Shown one piece after another: positions 1 to 15,599 of a stretch of 64,000 nt of DNA. Below the pieces are notes generated by a model. That model made no database searches. It was not told the DNA's origin and saw only the letters and a program-made list of their open reading frames with translations. Every line of letters begins with the position of its first letter. Position 1 is the first letter of the stretch. The stretch lies in the NCBI GenBank assembly GCA_964016885.1, contig OZ024744.1:110546001-110610000 (forward strand). The letters run 5' to 3'. The DNA is from Eledone cirrhosa (lineage: Eukaryota). Made by a program: the position numbers and the translations under genes.

Positions 1-117
1 CTATATAATCCACTATAGCTTACCTTGCTCTGAACACAGTAAAACTACACAACCCACTATAACTTACCTTGCTCTGAACACAGTAAAACTACATAATCCA
101 CTATAACTTACCTTGAC

Positions 118-164
118 CTGAACACAGTAAAACTACACAATCCACTATAACTTACCTTGCCCTG
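118..164 (-). other. Representative splice-signal cassette of the monomer: acceptor CAG (164-162), 6-nt segment GGCAAG (161-156), donor GTAAGT (155-150) opening a 38-nt GT...AG unit (155-118)
   Basis: The reverse complement of the monomer is GGCAAG GTAAGTTATAGTGGATTGTGTAGTTTTACTGTGTTCAG, which matches the canonical AG|GTAAGT donor and a T-rich...YAG acceptor. The motif match is direct; function is not shown. Confidence 0.45.
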
Positions 165-189
165 AACACAGTAAAACAACGCAACCCAC

Positions 190-3100
190 TATAACTTACC
201 TTGCCCTGAACACAGTAAAACTATACAACCCACTATAACTTACCTTGCCCTGAACACAGTAAAACTACATAATCCACTATAACTTACCTTGCCCTGAACA
301 CAGTAAAACTACACAATCCACTATAACTTACCTTGCTCTGAACAGAGTAAAACAACGCAACCCACTATAACTTACCTTGCTCTGAACACAGTAAAACTAT
401 ATAATCCACTATTGCTTACCTTGCCCTGAACACAGTAAAACTACATAATCCACTATAAATTACCTTGCCCTGAACACAGTAAAACTACACAACCCTCTAT
501 AACTTACCTTGCTCTGAACACAGTAAAACTACATAACCCTCTATAACTTACCTTGCTCTGAACACAGTAAAACTACACAACCCTCTATAACTTACCTTGC
601 CCTGAACACAGTAAAACTACATAATCCACTATAACTTACCATGTCTGAACACAGTAAAACTACACAACCCTCTATAACTTACCTTGCTCTGAACAGAGTA
701 AAACAACGCAACCCACTATAACTTACCTTACTCTGAACACAGTAAAACTACATAATCCACTATAACTTACTTTGCCATGAACACAGTAAAACTACACAAC
801 CCTCTATAACTTACCTTGCCCTGAACACAGTAAAACTACACAATCCACTATAACTTACCTTGCTCTGAACACAGTAAAACTACACAATCCACTATAACTT
901 ACCTTGCCCTGAACACAGTAAAACTACACAATCCACTATAACTTACCTTGCCCTGAACACAGTAAAACTACATAATCCACTATAACTTACCTTGCTATGA
1001 ACACAGTAAAACTACACAACCCTCTATAACTTACCTTGCTCTGAACACAGTAAAACTACACAATCCACTATAACTTACCTTGCCCTGAACACAGTAAAAC
1101 TACACAGTCCACTATAACTTACCTTGCCCTGAACACAGTAAAACTACATAATCCACTATAACTTACCATGCCTGAACACAGTAAAACTACACAATCCACT
1201 ATAACTTACCTTGCCCTGAACACAGTAAAACTACACAATCCACTATAACTTACCTTGCCCTGAACACAGTAAAACTACATAATCCACTATAACTTACCTT
1301 GCCCTGAACACAGTAAAACTACACAATCCACTATAACTTACCTTGCCCTGAACACAGTAAAACTACATAATCCACTATAACTTACCTTGCCCTGAACACA
1401 GTAAAACTACATAATCCACTATAACTTACCATGCCTGAACACAGTAAAACTACACAATCCACTATAACTTAGCTTGCCCTGAACACAGTAAAACTACACA
1501 ATCCACTATAACTTACCTTGCCCTGAACACAGTAAAACTACATAATCCACTATAACTTACCTTGCCCTGAACACAGTAAAACTACATAATCCACTATAAC
1601 TTACCATGCCTGAACACAGTAAAACTACACAATCTTCTATAACTTACCTTGCCCTGAACACAGTAAAATTACACAATCCACTATAACTTACCTTGCTCTG
1701 AACACAGTAAAACTACACAAACCACTATAAAATACCTTGCCCTGAACACAGTAAAACTATATAATCCACTATAGCTTACCTTGCCCTGAACACAGTAAAA
1801 CTATACAACCCACTATAACTTACCTTGCCCTGAACACAGTAAAACTACATAATCCACTATGGCTTACCTTGCCCTGAACACTGTAAAACTACACAATCCA
1901 CTATAACTTACCTTGCTCTGAACACAGTAAAACTACACAATCCACTATAAATTACCCTGCCCTGAACACAGTAAAACTACACAATCCACTATAAATTACT
2001 TTGCCCTGAACACACAAAAACTACACAATTTTCTATAACTTATCTTGCCCTGAACACAGTAAACTACAGAATCCACTATAACTTACCTTGCCCTGAACAC
2101 AGTAAAACTACACAATCCACTATAACTTACCTTGCCCTGAACACAGTAAAACTACACAATCCACTATAACTTACCTTGCTCTGAACAGAGTAAAACAACG
2201 CAACCCACTATAACTTACCTTGCCCTGAACACAGTAAAACTACATAATCCACTATGGCTTACCTTGCCCTGAACACTGTAAAACTACACAATCCACTATA
2301 ACTTACCTTGCTCTGAACACAGTAAAACTACACAATCCACTATAAATTACCCTGCCCTGAACACAGTAAAACTACACAATCCACTATAAATTACTTTGCC
2401 CTGAACACACAAAAACTACACAATTTTCTATAACTTATCTTGCCCTGAACACAGTAAACTACAGAATCCACTATAACTTACCTTGCCCTGAACACAGTAA
2501 AACTACACGATCCACTATAACTTACCTTGCCCTGAACACAGTAAAACTACACAATCCACTATAAATTACCTTGCCCTGAACACAGTAAAATTATACAATC
2601 CACTATAACTTACCTTGCTCTGAACACAGTAAAACTACACAACCCACTATAACTTACCTTGCCCTGAACACAGTAAAACTACACAATCCACTATAACTTA
2701 CCTTGCCCTGAACAGATTAAAACTACACAATATACTATAATTTACCTTGCCCTGAACACAGTAAAAGTACATAATCCACTATAACTTACCTTCCCTGAAC
2801 ACAGTAAAACTACACAATCCACTATAACTTACCTTGCCCTGAACACATAAAACTACACAATCCACTATAACTTACCTTGCTCTGAACACAGTAAAACTAC
2901 ACAACCCACTATAACTTACCTTGCCCTGAACACAGTAAAACTACATAATCCACTATAATTTACCTTGCTCTGAACACAGTAAAACTATATAATCCACTAT
3001 AGCTTACCTTGCCCTGAACACAGTAAAACTATACAACCCACTATAACTTACCTTGCCCTGAACACAGTAAAACTACATAATCCACTATAACTTACCTTGC

Positions 3101-6100
3101 CCTGAACACAGTAAAACTACACAATCCACTATAACTTACCTTGCTCTGAACAGAGTAAAACAACGCAACCCACTATAACTTACCTTGCTCTGAACACAGT
3201 AAAACTATATAATCCACTATTGCTTACCTTGCCCTGAACACAGTAAAACTACATAATCCACTATAAATTACCTTGCCCTGAACACAGTAAAACTACACAA
3301 CCCTCTATAACTTACCTTGCTCTGAACACAGTAAAACTACATAACCCTCTATAACTTACCTTGCTCTGAACACAGTAAAACTACACAACCCTCTATAACT
3401 TACCTTGCCCTGAACACAGTAAAACTACATAATCCACTATAACTTACCATGTCTGAACACAGTAAAACTACACAACCCTCTATAACTTACCTTGCTCTGA
3501 ACAGAGTAAAACAACGCAACCCACTATAACTTACCTTACTCTGAACACAGTAAAACTACATAATCCACTATAACTTACTTTGCCATGAACACAGTAAAAC
3601 TACACAACCCTCTATAACTTACCTTGCCCTGAACACAGTAAAACTACACAATCCACTATAACTTACCTTGCTCTGAACACAGTAAAACTACACAATCCAC
3701 TATAACTTACCTTGCCCTGAACACAGTAAAACTACACAATCCACTATAACTTACCTTGCCCTGAACACAGTAAAACTACATAATCCACTATAACTTACCT
3801 TGCTCTGAACACAGTAAAACTACACAACCCTCTATAACTTACCTTGCCCTGAACACAGTAAAACTACATAATCCACTATAACTTACCATGTCTGAACACA
3901 GTAAAACTACACAACCCTCTATAACTTACCTTGCTCTGAACAGAGTAAAACAACGCAACCCACTATAACTTACCTTACTCTGAACACAGTAAAACTACAT
4001 AATCCACTATAACTTACTTTGCCATGAACACAGTAAAACTACACAACCCTCTATAACTTACCTTGCCCTGAACACAGTAAAACTACACAATCCACTATAA
4101 CTTACCTTGCTCTGAACACAGTAAAACTACACAATCCACTATAACTTACCTTGCCCTGAACACAGTAAAACTACACAATCCACTATAACTTACCTTGCCC
4201 TGAACACAGTAAAACTACATAATCCACTATAACTTACCTTGCTCTGAACACAGTAAAACTACACAACCCTCTATAACTTACCTTGCTCTGAACACAGTAA
4301 AACTACACAATCCACTATAACTTACCTTGCCCTGAACACAGTAAAACTACACAGTCCACTATAACTTACCTTGCCCTGAACACAGTAAAACTACATAATC
4401 CACTATAACTTACCATGCCTGAACACAGTAAAACTACACAATCCACTATAACTTACCTTGCCCTGAACACAGTAAAACTACACAATCCACTATAACTTAC
4501 CTTGCCCTGAACACAGTAAAACTACATAATCCACTATAACTTACCTTGCCCTGAACACAGTAAAACTACACAATCCACTATAACTTACCTTGCCCTGAAC
4601 ACAGTAAAACTACATAATCCACTATAACTTACCTTGCCCTGAACACAGTAAAACTACATAATCCACTATAACTTACCATGCCTGAACACAGTAAAACTAC
4701 ACAATCCACTATAACTTAGCTTGCCCTGAACACAGTAAAACTACACAATCCACTATAACTTACCTTGCCCTGAACACAGTAAAACTACATAATCCACTAT
4801 AACTTACCTTGCCCTGAACACAGTAAAACTACATAATCCACTATAACTTACCATGCCTGAACACAGTAAAACTACACAATCTTCTATAACTTACCTTGCC
4901 CTGAACACAGTAAAATTACACAATCCACTATAACTTACCTTGCTCTGAACACAGTAAAACTACACAAACCACTATAAAATACCTTGCCCTGAACACAGTA
5001 AAACTATATAATCCACTATAGCTTACCTTGCCCTGAACACAGTAAAACTATACAACCCACTATAACTTACCTTGCCCTGAACACAGTAAAACTACATAAT
5101 CCACTATGGCTTACCTTGCCCTGAACACTGTAAAACTACACAATCCACTATAACTTACCTTGCTCTGAACACAGTAAAACTACACAATCCACTATAAATT
5201 ACCCTGCCCTGAACACAGTAAAACTACACAATCCACTATAAATTACTTTGCCCTGAACACACAAAAACTACACAATTTTCTATAACTTATCTTGCCCTGA
5301 ACACAGTAAACTACAGAATCCACTATAACTTACCTTGCCCTGAACACAGTAAAACTACACAATCCACTATAACTTACCTTGCCCTGAACACAGTAAAACT
5401 ACACAATCCACTATAACTTACCTTGCTCTGAACAGAGTAAAACAACGCAACCCACTATAACTTACCTTGCCCTGAACACAGTAAAACTACATAATCCACT
5501 ATGGCTTACCTTGCCCTGAACACTGTAAAACTACACAATCCACTATAACTTACCTTGCTCTGAACACAGTAAAACTACACAATCCACTATAAATTACCCT
5601 GCCCTGAACACAGTAAAACTACACAATCCACTATAAATTACTTTGCCCTGAACACACAAAAACTACACAATTTTCTATAACTTATCTTGCCCTGAACACA
5701 GTAAACTACAGAATCCACTATAACTTACCTTGCCCTGAACACAGTAAAACTACACGATCCACTATAACTTACCTTGCCCTGAACACAGTAAAACTACACA
5801 ATCCACTATAAATTACCTTGCCCTGAACACAGTAAAATTATACAATCCACTATAACTTACCTTGCTCTGAACACAGTAAAACTACACAACCCACTATAAC
5901 TTACCTTGCCCTGAACACAGTAAAACTACACAATCCACTATAACTTACCTTGCCCTGAACAGATTAAAACTACACAATATACTATAATTTACCTTGCCCT
6001 GAACACAGTAAAAGTACATAATCCACTATAACTTACCTTCCCTGAACACAGTAAAACTACACAATCCACTATAACTTACCTTGCCCTGAACACATAAAAC

Positions 6101-7990
6101 TACACAATCCACTATAACTTACCTTGCTCTGAACACAGTAAAACTACACAACCCACTATAACTTACCTTGCCCTGAACACAGTAAAACTACATAATCCAC
6201 TATAATTTACCTTGCTCTGAACACAGTAAAACTATATAATCCACTATAGCTTACCTTGCCCTGAACACAGTAAAACTATACAACCCACTATAACTTACCT
6301 TGCCCTGAACACAGTAAAACTACATAATCCACTATAACTTACCTTGCCCTGAACACAGTAAAACTACACAATCCACTATAACTTACCTTGCTCTGAACAG
6401 AGTAAAACAACGCAACCCACTATAACTTACCTTGCTCTGAACACAGTAAAACTATATAATCCACTATTGCTTACCTTGCCCTGAACACAGTAAAACTACA
6501 TAATCCACTATAAATTACCTTGCCCTGAACACAGTAAAAGTACACAACCCTCTATAACTTACCTTGCTCTGAACACAGTAAAACTACATAACCCTCTATA
6601 ACTTACCTTGCTCTGAACACAGTAAAACTACACAACCCTCTATAACTTACCTTGCCCTGAACACAGTAAAACTACATAATCCACTATAACTTACCATGTC
6701 TGAACACAGTAAAACTACACAACCCTCTATAACTTACCTTGCTCTGAACAGAGTAAAACAACGCAACCCACTATAACTTACCTTACTCTGAACACAGTAA
6801 AACTACATAATCCACTATAACTTACTTTGCCATGAACACAGTAAAACTACACAACCCTCTATAACTTACCTTGCCCTGAACACAGTAAAACTACACAATC
6901 CACTATAACTTACCTTGCTCTGAACACAGTAAAACTACACAATCCACTATAACTTACCTTGCCCTGAACACAGTAAAACTACACAATCCACTATAACTTA
7001 CCTTGCCCTGAACACAGTAAAACTACATAATCCACTATAACTTACCTTGCTCTGAACACAGTAAAACTACACAACCCTCTATAACTTACCTTGCTCTGAA
7101 CACAGTAAAACTACACAATCCACTATAACTTACCTTGCCCTGAACACAGTAAAACTACACAGTCCACTATAACTTACCTTGCCCTGAACACAGTAAAACT
7201 ACATAATCCACTATAACTTACCATGCCTGAACACAGTAAAACTACACAATCCACTATAACTTACCTTGCCCTGAACACAGTAAAACTACACAATCCACTA
7301 TAACTTACCTTGCCCTGAACACAGTAAAACTACATAATCCACTATAACTTACCTTGCCCTGAACACAGTAAAACTACACAATCCACTATAACTTACCTTG
7401 CCCTGAACACAGTAAAACTACATAATCCACTATAACTTACCTTGCCCTGAACACAGTAAAACTACATAATCCACTATAACTTACCATGCCTGAACACAGT
7501 AAAACTACACAATCCACTATAACTTAGCTTGCCCTGAACACAGTAAAACTACACAATCCACTATAACTTACCTTGCCCTGAACACAGTAAAACTACATAA
7601 TCCACTATAACTTACCTTGCCCTGAACACAGTAAAACTACATAATCCACTATAACTTACCATGCCTGAACACAGTAAAACTACACAATCTTCTATAACTT
7701 ACCTTGCCCTGAACACAGTAAAATTACACAATCCACTATAACTTACCTTGCTCTGAACACAGTAAAACTACACAAACCACTATAAAATACCTTGCCCTGA
7801 ACACAGTAAAACTATATAATCCACTATAGCTTACCTTGCCCTGAACACAGTAAAACTATACAACCCACTATAACTTACCTTGCCCTGAACACAGTAAAAC
7901 TACATAATCCACTATGGCTTACCTTGCCCTGAACACTGTAAAACTACACAATCCACTATAACTTACCTTGCTCTGAACACAGTAAAACTA
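190..7990. repeat. Higher-order repeat, about 2.6 copies of a 64-monomer (2,808-bp) unit; the second copy carries an extra 10-monomer (439-bp) duplication
   Basis: Marker atgtctg at 641, 3449, 3888, 6696 (spacings 2808, 439, 2808). Marker attgc at 411, 3219, 6466 (2808, 3247). Marker cacacaaaaa at 2011/2406 and 5258/5653. Confidence 0.85.
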
Positions 7991-10749
7991 CACAACCCAC
8001 TATAACTTACCTTGCCCTGAACACAGTAAAACTACACAATCCACTATAACTTACCTTGCCCTGAACACAGTAAAACTACACAAACCACTATGAATTACCT
8101 TGCCCTGAACACAGTAAAACTACACAATCCACTATAGTTTACCTTGCCCTGAATACAGTAAAACTACACAACCCACTATAACTTACCTTGCCCTGAACAC
8201 AGTAAAACTACATAATCCACTATAACTTACCTTGCCCTGAACACAGTAAAACTACACAATCCACTATAACTTACCTTGCACTGAACACTGTAAAACTACA
8301 CAATCCACTATAACTTACCTTGCTCTGAACAGAGTAAAACTACACAACCCACTATAACTTACCTTGCTCTGAACACAGTAAAAGTACATAATCCACTATA
8401 ACTTACCTTTGCTCTGAACACAGTAAAACTACACAATCCACTATAAATTACCCTGCCCTGAACACAGTAAAACTACACAATCCACTATAAATTACGTTGC
8501 CCTGAACACACTAAAACTACACAATTTTCTATAACTTATCTTGCCCTGAACACAGTAAACTACAGAATCCACTATAACTTACCTTGCCCTGAACACAGTA
8601 AAACTACACAATCCACTGTAACTTACCTTGCTCTGAACACAGTAAAACTACACAATCCACTGTAACTTACCTTGCTCTGAACACAGTAAAACTACACAAT
8701 CCACTATAACTTACCTTGCCCTGAACACAGTAAAACTACACAATCGACTATAAATTACCTTGCCCTGAACACAGTAAAATTATACAATCCACTATAACTT
8801 ACCTTGCTCTGAACACAGTAAAACTACACAACCCACTATAACTTACCTTGCCCTGAACACAGTAAAACTACACAATCCACTATAACTTACCTTGCCCTGA
8901 ACAGATTAAAACTACACAATCTACTATAATTTACCTTGCCCTGAACACAGTAAAAGTACATAATCCACTATAACTTACCTTCCCTGAACACAGTAAAACT
9001 ACACAATCCACTATAACTTACCTTGCCCTGAACACAGTAAAACTACATAATCCACTATAACTTACCTTGCCCTGAACACAGTAAAACTACACAATCCACT
9101 ATAACTTACCTTGCCCTGAACACAGTAAAACTACACAATCCACTATAACTTACCTTGCCCTGAACACAGTAAAACTACACAATCCACTATAACTTAACTT
9201 GCCCTGAACACAGTAAAACTACATAATCCACTATAACTTACCTTGCCCTGAACACAGTAAAAGTACATAATCCACTATAGCTTACCTTGCCCTGAACACA
9301 GTAAAACTACACAATCCACTATAACTTACCTTGCTCTGAACACAGTAAAACTACACAATCCACTATAACCTACCTTGCCCTGAACACAGTAAAACTACAT
9401 AAGCCACTATAACTTACCTTGCCCTGAACACAGTAAAAGTACATAATCCACTATAGCTTACCTTGCCCTGAACACAGTAAAACTACACAATCCACTATAA
9501 CTTACCTTGCTCTGAACACAGTAAAACTACACAACCCACTATAACTTACCTTGCCCTGAACACAGTAAAACTACATAATCTACTATAATTTACCTTGCTC
9601 TGAACACAGTAAAACTATATAATCCACTATAGCTTACCTTGCCCTGAACACAGTAAAACTATACAACCCACTATAACTTACCTTGCCCTGAACACAGTAA
9701 AACTACATAATCCACTATAACTTACCTTGCCCTGAACACAGTAAAACTACACAATCCACTATAACTTACCTTGCTCTGAACACAGTAAAACTACACAATC
9801 CACTATAACTTACCTTGCTCTGAACAGAGTAAAACAACGCAACCCACTATAACTTACCTTGCTCTGAACACAGTAAAACTATATAATCCACTATTGCTTA
9901 CCTTGCCCTGAACAAAGTAAAACTACATAATCCACTATAACTTACCTTGCCCTGAACACAGTAAAACTACACAACCCTCTATAACTTACCTTGCTCTGAA
10001 CACAGTAAAACTACACAACCCTCTATAACTTACCTTGCCCTGAACACAGTAAAACTACATAATCCACTATAACTTACCATGCCTGAACACAGTAAAACTA
10101 CACAACCTTCTATAACTTACCTTGCTCTGAACAGAGTAAAACAACGCAACCCACTATAATTTACCTTACTCTGAACACAGTAAAACTACATAATCCACTA
10201 TAACTTACTTTGCCATGAACACAGTAAAACTACACAACCCTCTATAACTTACCTTGCCCTGAACACAGTAAAACTACACAATCCACTATAACTTACCTTG
10301 CTCTGAACACAGTAAAACTACACAATCCACTATAACTTACCTTGCCCTGAACACAGTAAAACTACACAATCCACTATAACTTACCTTGCCCTGAACACAG
10401 TAAAACTACATAATCCACTATAACTTACCTTGCTCTGAACACAGTAAAACTACACAACCCTCTATAACTTACCTTGCTCTGAACACAGTAAAACTACACA
10501 ATCCACTATAACTTACCTTGCCCTGAACACAGTAAAACTACACAGTCCACTATAACTTACCTTGCCTGAACACAGTAAAACTACATAATCCACTATAACT
10601 TACCATGCCTGAACACAGTAAAACTACACAATCCACTATAACTTACCTTGCCCTGAACACAGTAAAACTACACAATCCACTATAACTTACCTTGCCCTGA
10701 ACACAGTAAAACTACATAATCCACTATAACTTACCTTGCCCTGAACACA

Positions 10750-11700
10750 GTAAAACTACACAATCCACTATAACTTACCTTGCCCTGAACACAGTAAAAC
10801 TACATAATCCACTATAACTTACCTTGCCCTTAACACAGTAAAACTACATAATCCACTATAACTTACCATGCCTGAACACAGTAAAACTACACAATCCACT
10901 ATAACTTACCTTGCCCTGAACACAGTAAAACTACACAATCCACTATAACTTACCTTGCCCTGAACACAGTAAAACTACATAATCCACTATAACTTACCTT
11001 GCCCTGAACACAGTAAAACTACACAATCCACTATAACTTACCTTGCCCTGAACACAGTAAAACTACATAATCCACTATAACTTACCTTGCCCTGTACACA
11101 GTAAAACTACATAATCCACTATAAATTACCATGCCTGGACACAGTAAAACTACACAATCTTCTATAACTTACCTTGCCCTGAACACAGTAAAATTACACA
11201 ATCCACTATAACTTACCTTGCCCTGAACACAGTAAAACTACACAATCCACTATAACTTACCTTGCCCTGAACACAGTAAAACTACATAATCCACTATAAC
11301 TTACCTTGCCCTTAACACAGTAAAACTACATAATCCACTATAACTTACCATGCCTGAACACAGTAAAACTACACAATCCACTATAACTTACCTTGCCCTG
11401 AACACAGTAAAACTACACAATCCACTATAACTTACCTTGCCCTGAACACAGTAAAACTACATAATCCACTATAACTTACCTTGCCCTGAACACAGTAAAA
11501 CTACACAATCCACTATAACTTACCTTGCCCTGAACACAGTAAAACTACATAATCCACTATAACTTACCTTGCCCTGTACACAGTAAAACTACATAATCCA
11601 CTATAAATTACCATGCCTGGACACAGTAAAACTACACAATCTTCTATAACTTACCTTGCCCTGAACACAGTAAAATTACACAATCCACTATAACTTACCT
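10750..11700. repeat. Local 11-monomer (482-bp) tandem duplication
   Basis: cctgtacac at 11091 and 11573, each followed by ccatgcctggac and preceded by cccttaacac. Confidence 0.8.
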
Positions 11701-14700
11701 TGCTCTGAACACAGTAAAACTACACAAACCACTATAAAATACCTTGCCCTGAACACAGTAAAACTATACAACCCACTATAACTTACCTTGCCCTGAACAC
11801 AGTAAAACTACATAATCCACTATAACTTACCTTGCTCTGAACACAGTAAAAGTACATAATCCACTATAGCTTACCTTGCCCTGAACACAGTAAAACTACA
11901 CAATCCACTATAACTTACCTTGCTCTGAACACAGTAAAACTACACAATCCACGATAACCTACCTTGCCCTGAACACAGTAAAACTACATAATCCACTATA
12001 ACTTACCTTCCCTGAACACAGTAAAAGTACATAATCCACTATAGCTTACCTTGCCCTGAACACAGTAAAACTACACAATCCACTATAACTTACCTTGCTC
12101 TGAACACAGTAAAACTACACAACCCACTATAACTTACCTTGCCCTGAACACAGTAAAACTACATAATCCACTATAATTTACCTTGCTCTGAACACAGTAA
12201 AACTATATAATCCACTATAGCTTACCTTGCCCTGAACACATTAAAACTATACAACCCACTATAACTTACCTTGCCCTGAACACAGTAAAAGTACATAATC
12301 CACTATAACTTACCTTGCCCTGAACACAGTAAAACTACACAATCCACTATAACTTACCTTGCTCTGAACACAGTAAACTACACAATCCACTATAACTTAC
12401 CTTGCTCTGAACAGAGTAAAACAACGCAACCCACTATAACTTACCTTGCTCTGAACACAGTAAAACTATATAATCCACTATTGCTTACCTTGCTCTGAAC
12501 ACAGTAAAACTACATAATCCACTATAACTTACCTTGCTCTGAACACAGTAAAACTACACAATCCACTATAACTTACCTTGCTCTGAACAGAGTAAAACAA
12601 CGCAACCCACTATAACTTACCTTGCTCTGAACACAGTAAAACTATATAATCCACTATTGCTTACCTTGCCCTGAACACAGTAAAACTACATAATCCACTA
12701 TAACTTACCTTGCCCTGAACACAGTAAAACTACACAACCCTCTATAACTTACCTTGCTCTGAACACAGTAAAACTACATAACCCTCTATAACTTACCTTG
12801 CTCTGAACACAGTAAAAGTACCCAACCCTCTATAACTTACCTTGCCCTGAACACAGTAAAACTACATAATCCACTATAACTTACCATGCCTGAACACAGT
12901 AAAACTACACAACCCTCTATAACTTACCTTGCTCTGAACAGAGTAAAACAACGCAACCCACTATAACTTACCTTACTCTGAACACAGTAAAACTACATAA
13001 TCCACTATAACTTACTTTGCCATGAACACAGTCAAACTACACAACCCTCTATAACTTACCTTGCCCTGAACACAGTAAAACTACACAATCCACTATAACT
13101 TACCTTGCTCTGAACACAGTAAAACTACACAATCCACTATAACTTACCTTGCCCTGAACACAGTAAAACTACACAATCCACTATAACTTACCTTGCCCTG
13201 AACACAGTAAAACTACATAATCCACTATAACTTACCTTGCTCTGAACACAGTAAAACTACACAACCTTCTATAACTTACCTTGCTCTGAACACAGTAAAA
13301 CTACACAATCTACTATAACTTACCTTGCCCTGAACACAGTAAAACTACACAGTCCACTATAACTTACCTTGCCCTGAAGACAGTAAAACTACATAATCCA
13401 CTATAACTTACCATGCCTGAACACAGTAAAACTACACAATCCACTATAACTTACCTTGCCCTGAAGACAGTAAAACTACACAATCCACTATAACTTACCT
13501 TGCCCTGAACACAGTAAAACTACATAATCCACTATAACTTACCTTGCCCTGAACACAGTAAAACTACACAATCCACTATAACTTACCTTGCCCTGAACAC
13601 AGTAAAACTACATAATCCACTATAACTTACCTTGCCCTGAACACAGTAAAACTACATAATCCACTATAACTTACCATGCCTGAACACAGTAAAACTACAC
13701 AATCCACTATAACTTACCTTGCCCTGAACACAGTAAAACTACACAATCCACTATAACTTACCTTGCCCTGAACACAGTAAAACTACATAATCCACTATAA
13801 CTTACCTTGCCCTGAACACAGTAAAACTACACAATCCACCATAACTTACCTTGCCCTGAACACAGTAAAACTACATAATCCACTATAACTTACCTTTCCC
13901 TGAACACAGTAAACTACAGAATCCACTATAACTTACCTTGCCCTGAACACAGTAAAACTACACAATCCACTGTAACTTACCTTGCTCTGAACACAGTAAA
14001 ACTACACAATCCACTATAAATTACCTTGCCCTGAACACAGTAAAATTATACAATCCACTATAACTTACCTTGCTCTGAACACAGTAAAACTACACAACCC
14101 ACTATAACTTACCTTGCCCTGAACACAGTAAAACTACACAATCCACTATAACTTACCTTGCCCTGAACAGATTAAAACTACACAATCTACTATAATTTAC
14201 CTTGCCCTGAACACAGTAAAAGTACATAATCCACTATAAATTACCTTCCCTGAACACAGTAAAACTACACAATCCACTATAACTTACCTTGCCCTGAACA
14301 CAGTAAAACTACACAATCCACTATAACTTAACTTGCCCTGAACACAGTAAAACTACATAATCCACTATAACTTACCTTGCCCTGAACACAGTAAAAGTAC
14401 ATAATCCACTATAGCTTACCTTGCCCTGAACACAGTAAAACTACACAATCCACTATAACTTACCTTGCTCTGAACACAGTAAAACTACACAATCCACTAT
14501 AACCTACCTTGCCCTGAACACAGTAAAACTACATAAGCCACTATAACTTACCTTGCCCTGAACACAGTAAAAGTACATAATCCACTATAGCTTACCTTGC
14601 CCTGAACACAGTAAAACTACACAATCCACTATAACTTACCTTGCTCTGAACACAGTAAAACTACACAACCCACTATAACTTACCTTGCCCTGAACACAGT

Positions 14701-15599
14701 AAAACTACATAATCCACTATAATTTACCTTGCTCTGAACACAGTAAAACTATATAATCCACTATAGCTTACCTTGCCCTGAACACAGTAAAACTATACAA
14801 CCCACTAAAACTTACCTTGCCCTGAACACAGTAAAACTACATAATCCACTATAACTTACCTTGCCCTGAACACAGTAAAACTACACAACCCTCTATAACT
14901 TACCTTGCCCTGAACACAGTAAAACTACATAATCCACTATAACTTACCATGCCTGAACACAGTAAAACTACACAACCCTCTATAACTTACCTTGCTCTGA
15001 ACAGAGTAAAACAACGCAACCCACTATAACTTACCTTACTCTGAACACAGTAAAACTACATAATCCACTATAACTTACTTTGCCATGAACACAGTAAAAC
15101 TACACAACCCTCTATAACTTACCTTGCCCTGAACACAGTAAAACTACACAATCCACTATAACTTACCTTGCTCTGAACACAGTAAAACTACACAATCCAC
15201 TATAACTTACCTTGCCCTGAACACAGTAAAACTACACAATCCACTATAACTTACCTTGCCCTGAACACAGTAAAACTACATAATCCACTATAACTTACCT
15301 TGCTCTGAACACATTAAAACTACACAACCCTCTATAACTTACCTTGCTCTGAACACAGTAAAACTACACAATCCACTATAACTTACCTTGCCCTGAACAC
15401 AGTAAAACTACACAGTCCACTATAACTTACCTTGCCCTGAACACAGTAAAACTACATAATCCACTATAACTTACCATGCCTGAACACAGTAAAACTACAC
15501 AATCCACTATAACTTACCTTGCCCTGAACACAGTAAAACTACACAATCCACTATAACTTACCTTGCCCTGAACACAGTAGAACTACATAATCCACTATA

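Noticed and set aside
162-171. Hairpin or palindrome ctg-aaca-cag and possible 11-bp sub-repeats within the monomer
   Set aside because: A 3-bp stem and the weak aactac/cactat/aacttac similarity are expected by chance in such A/C-rich sequence.
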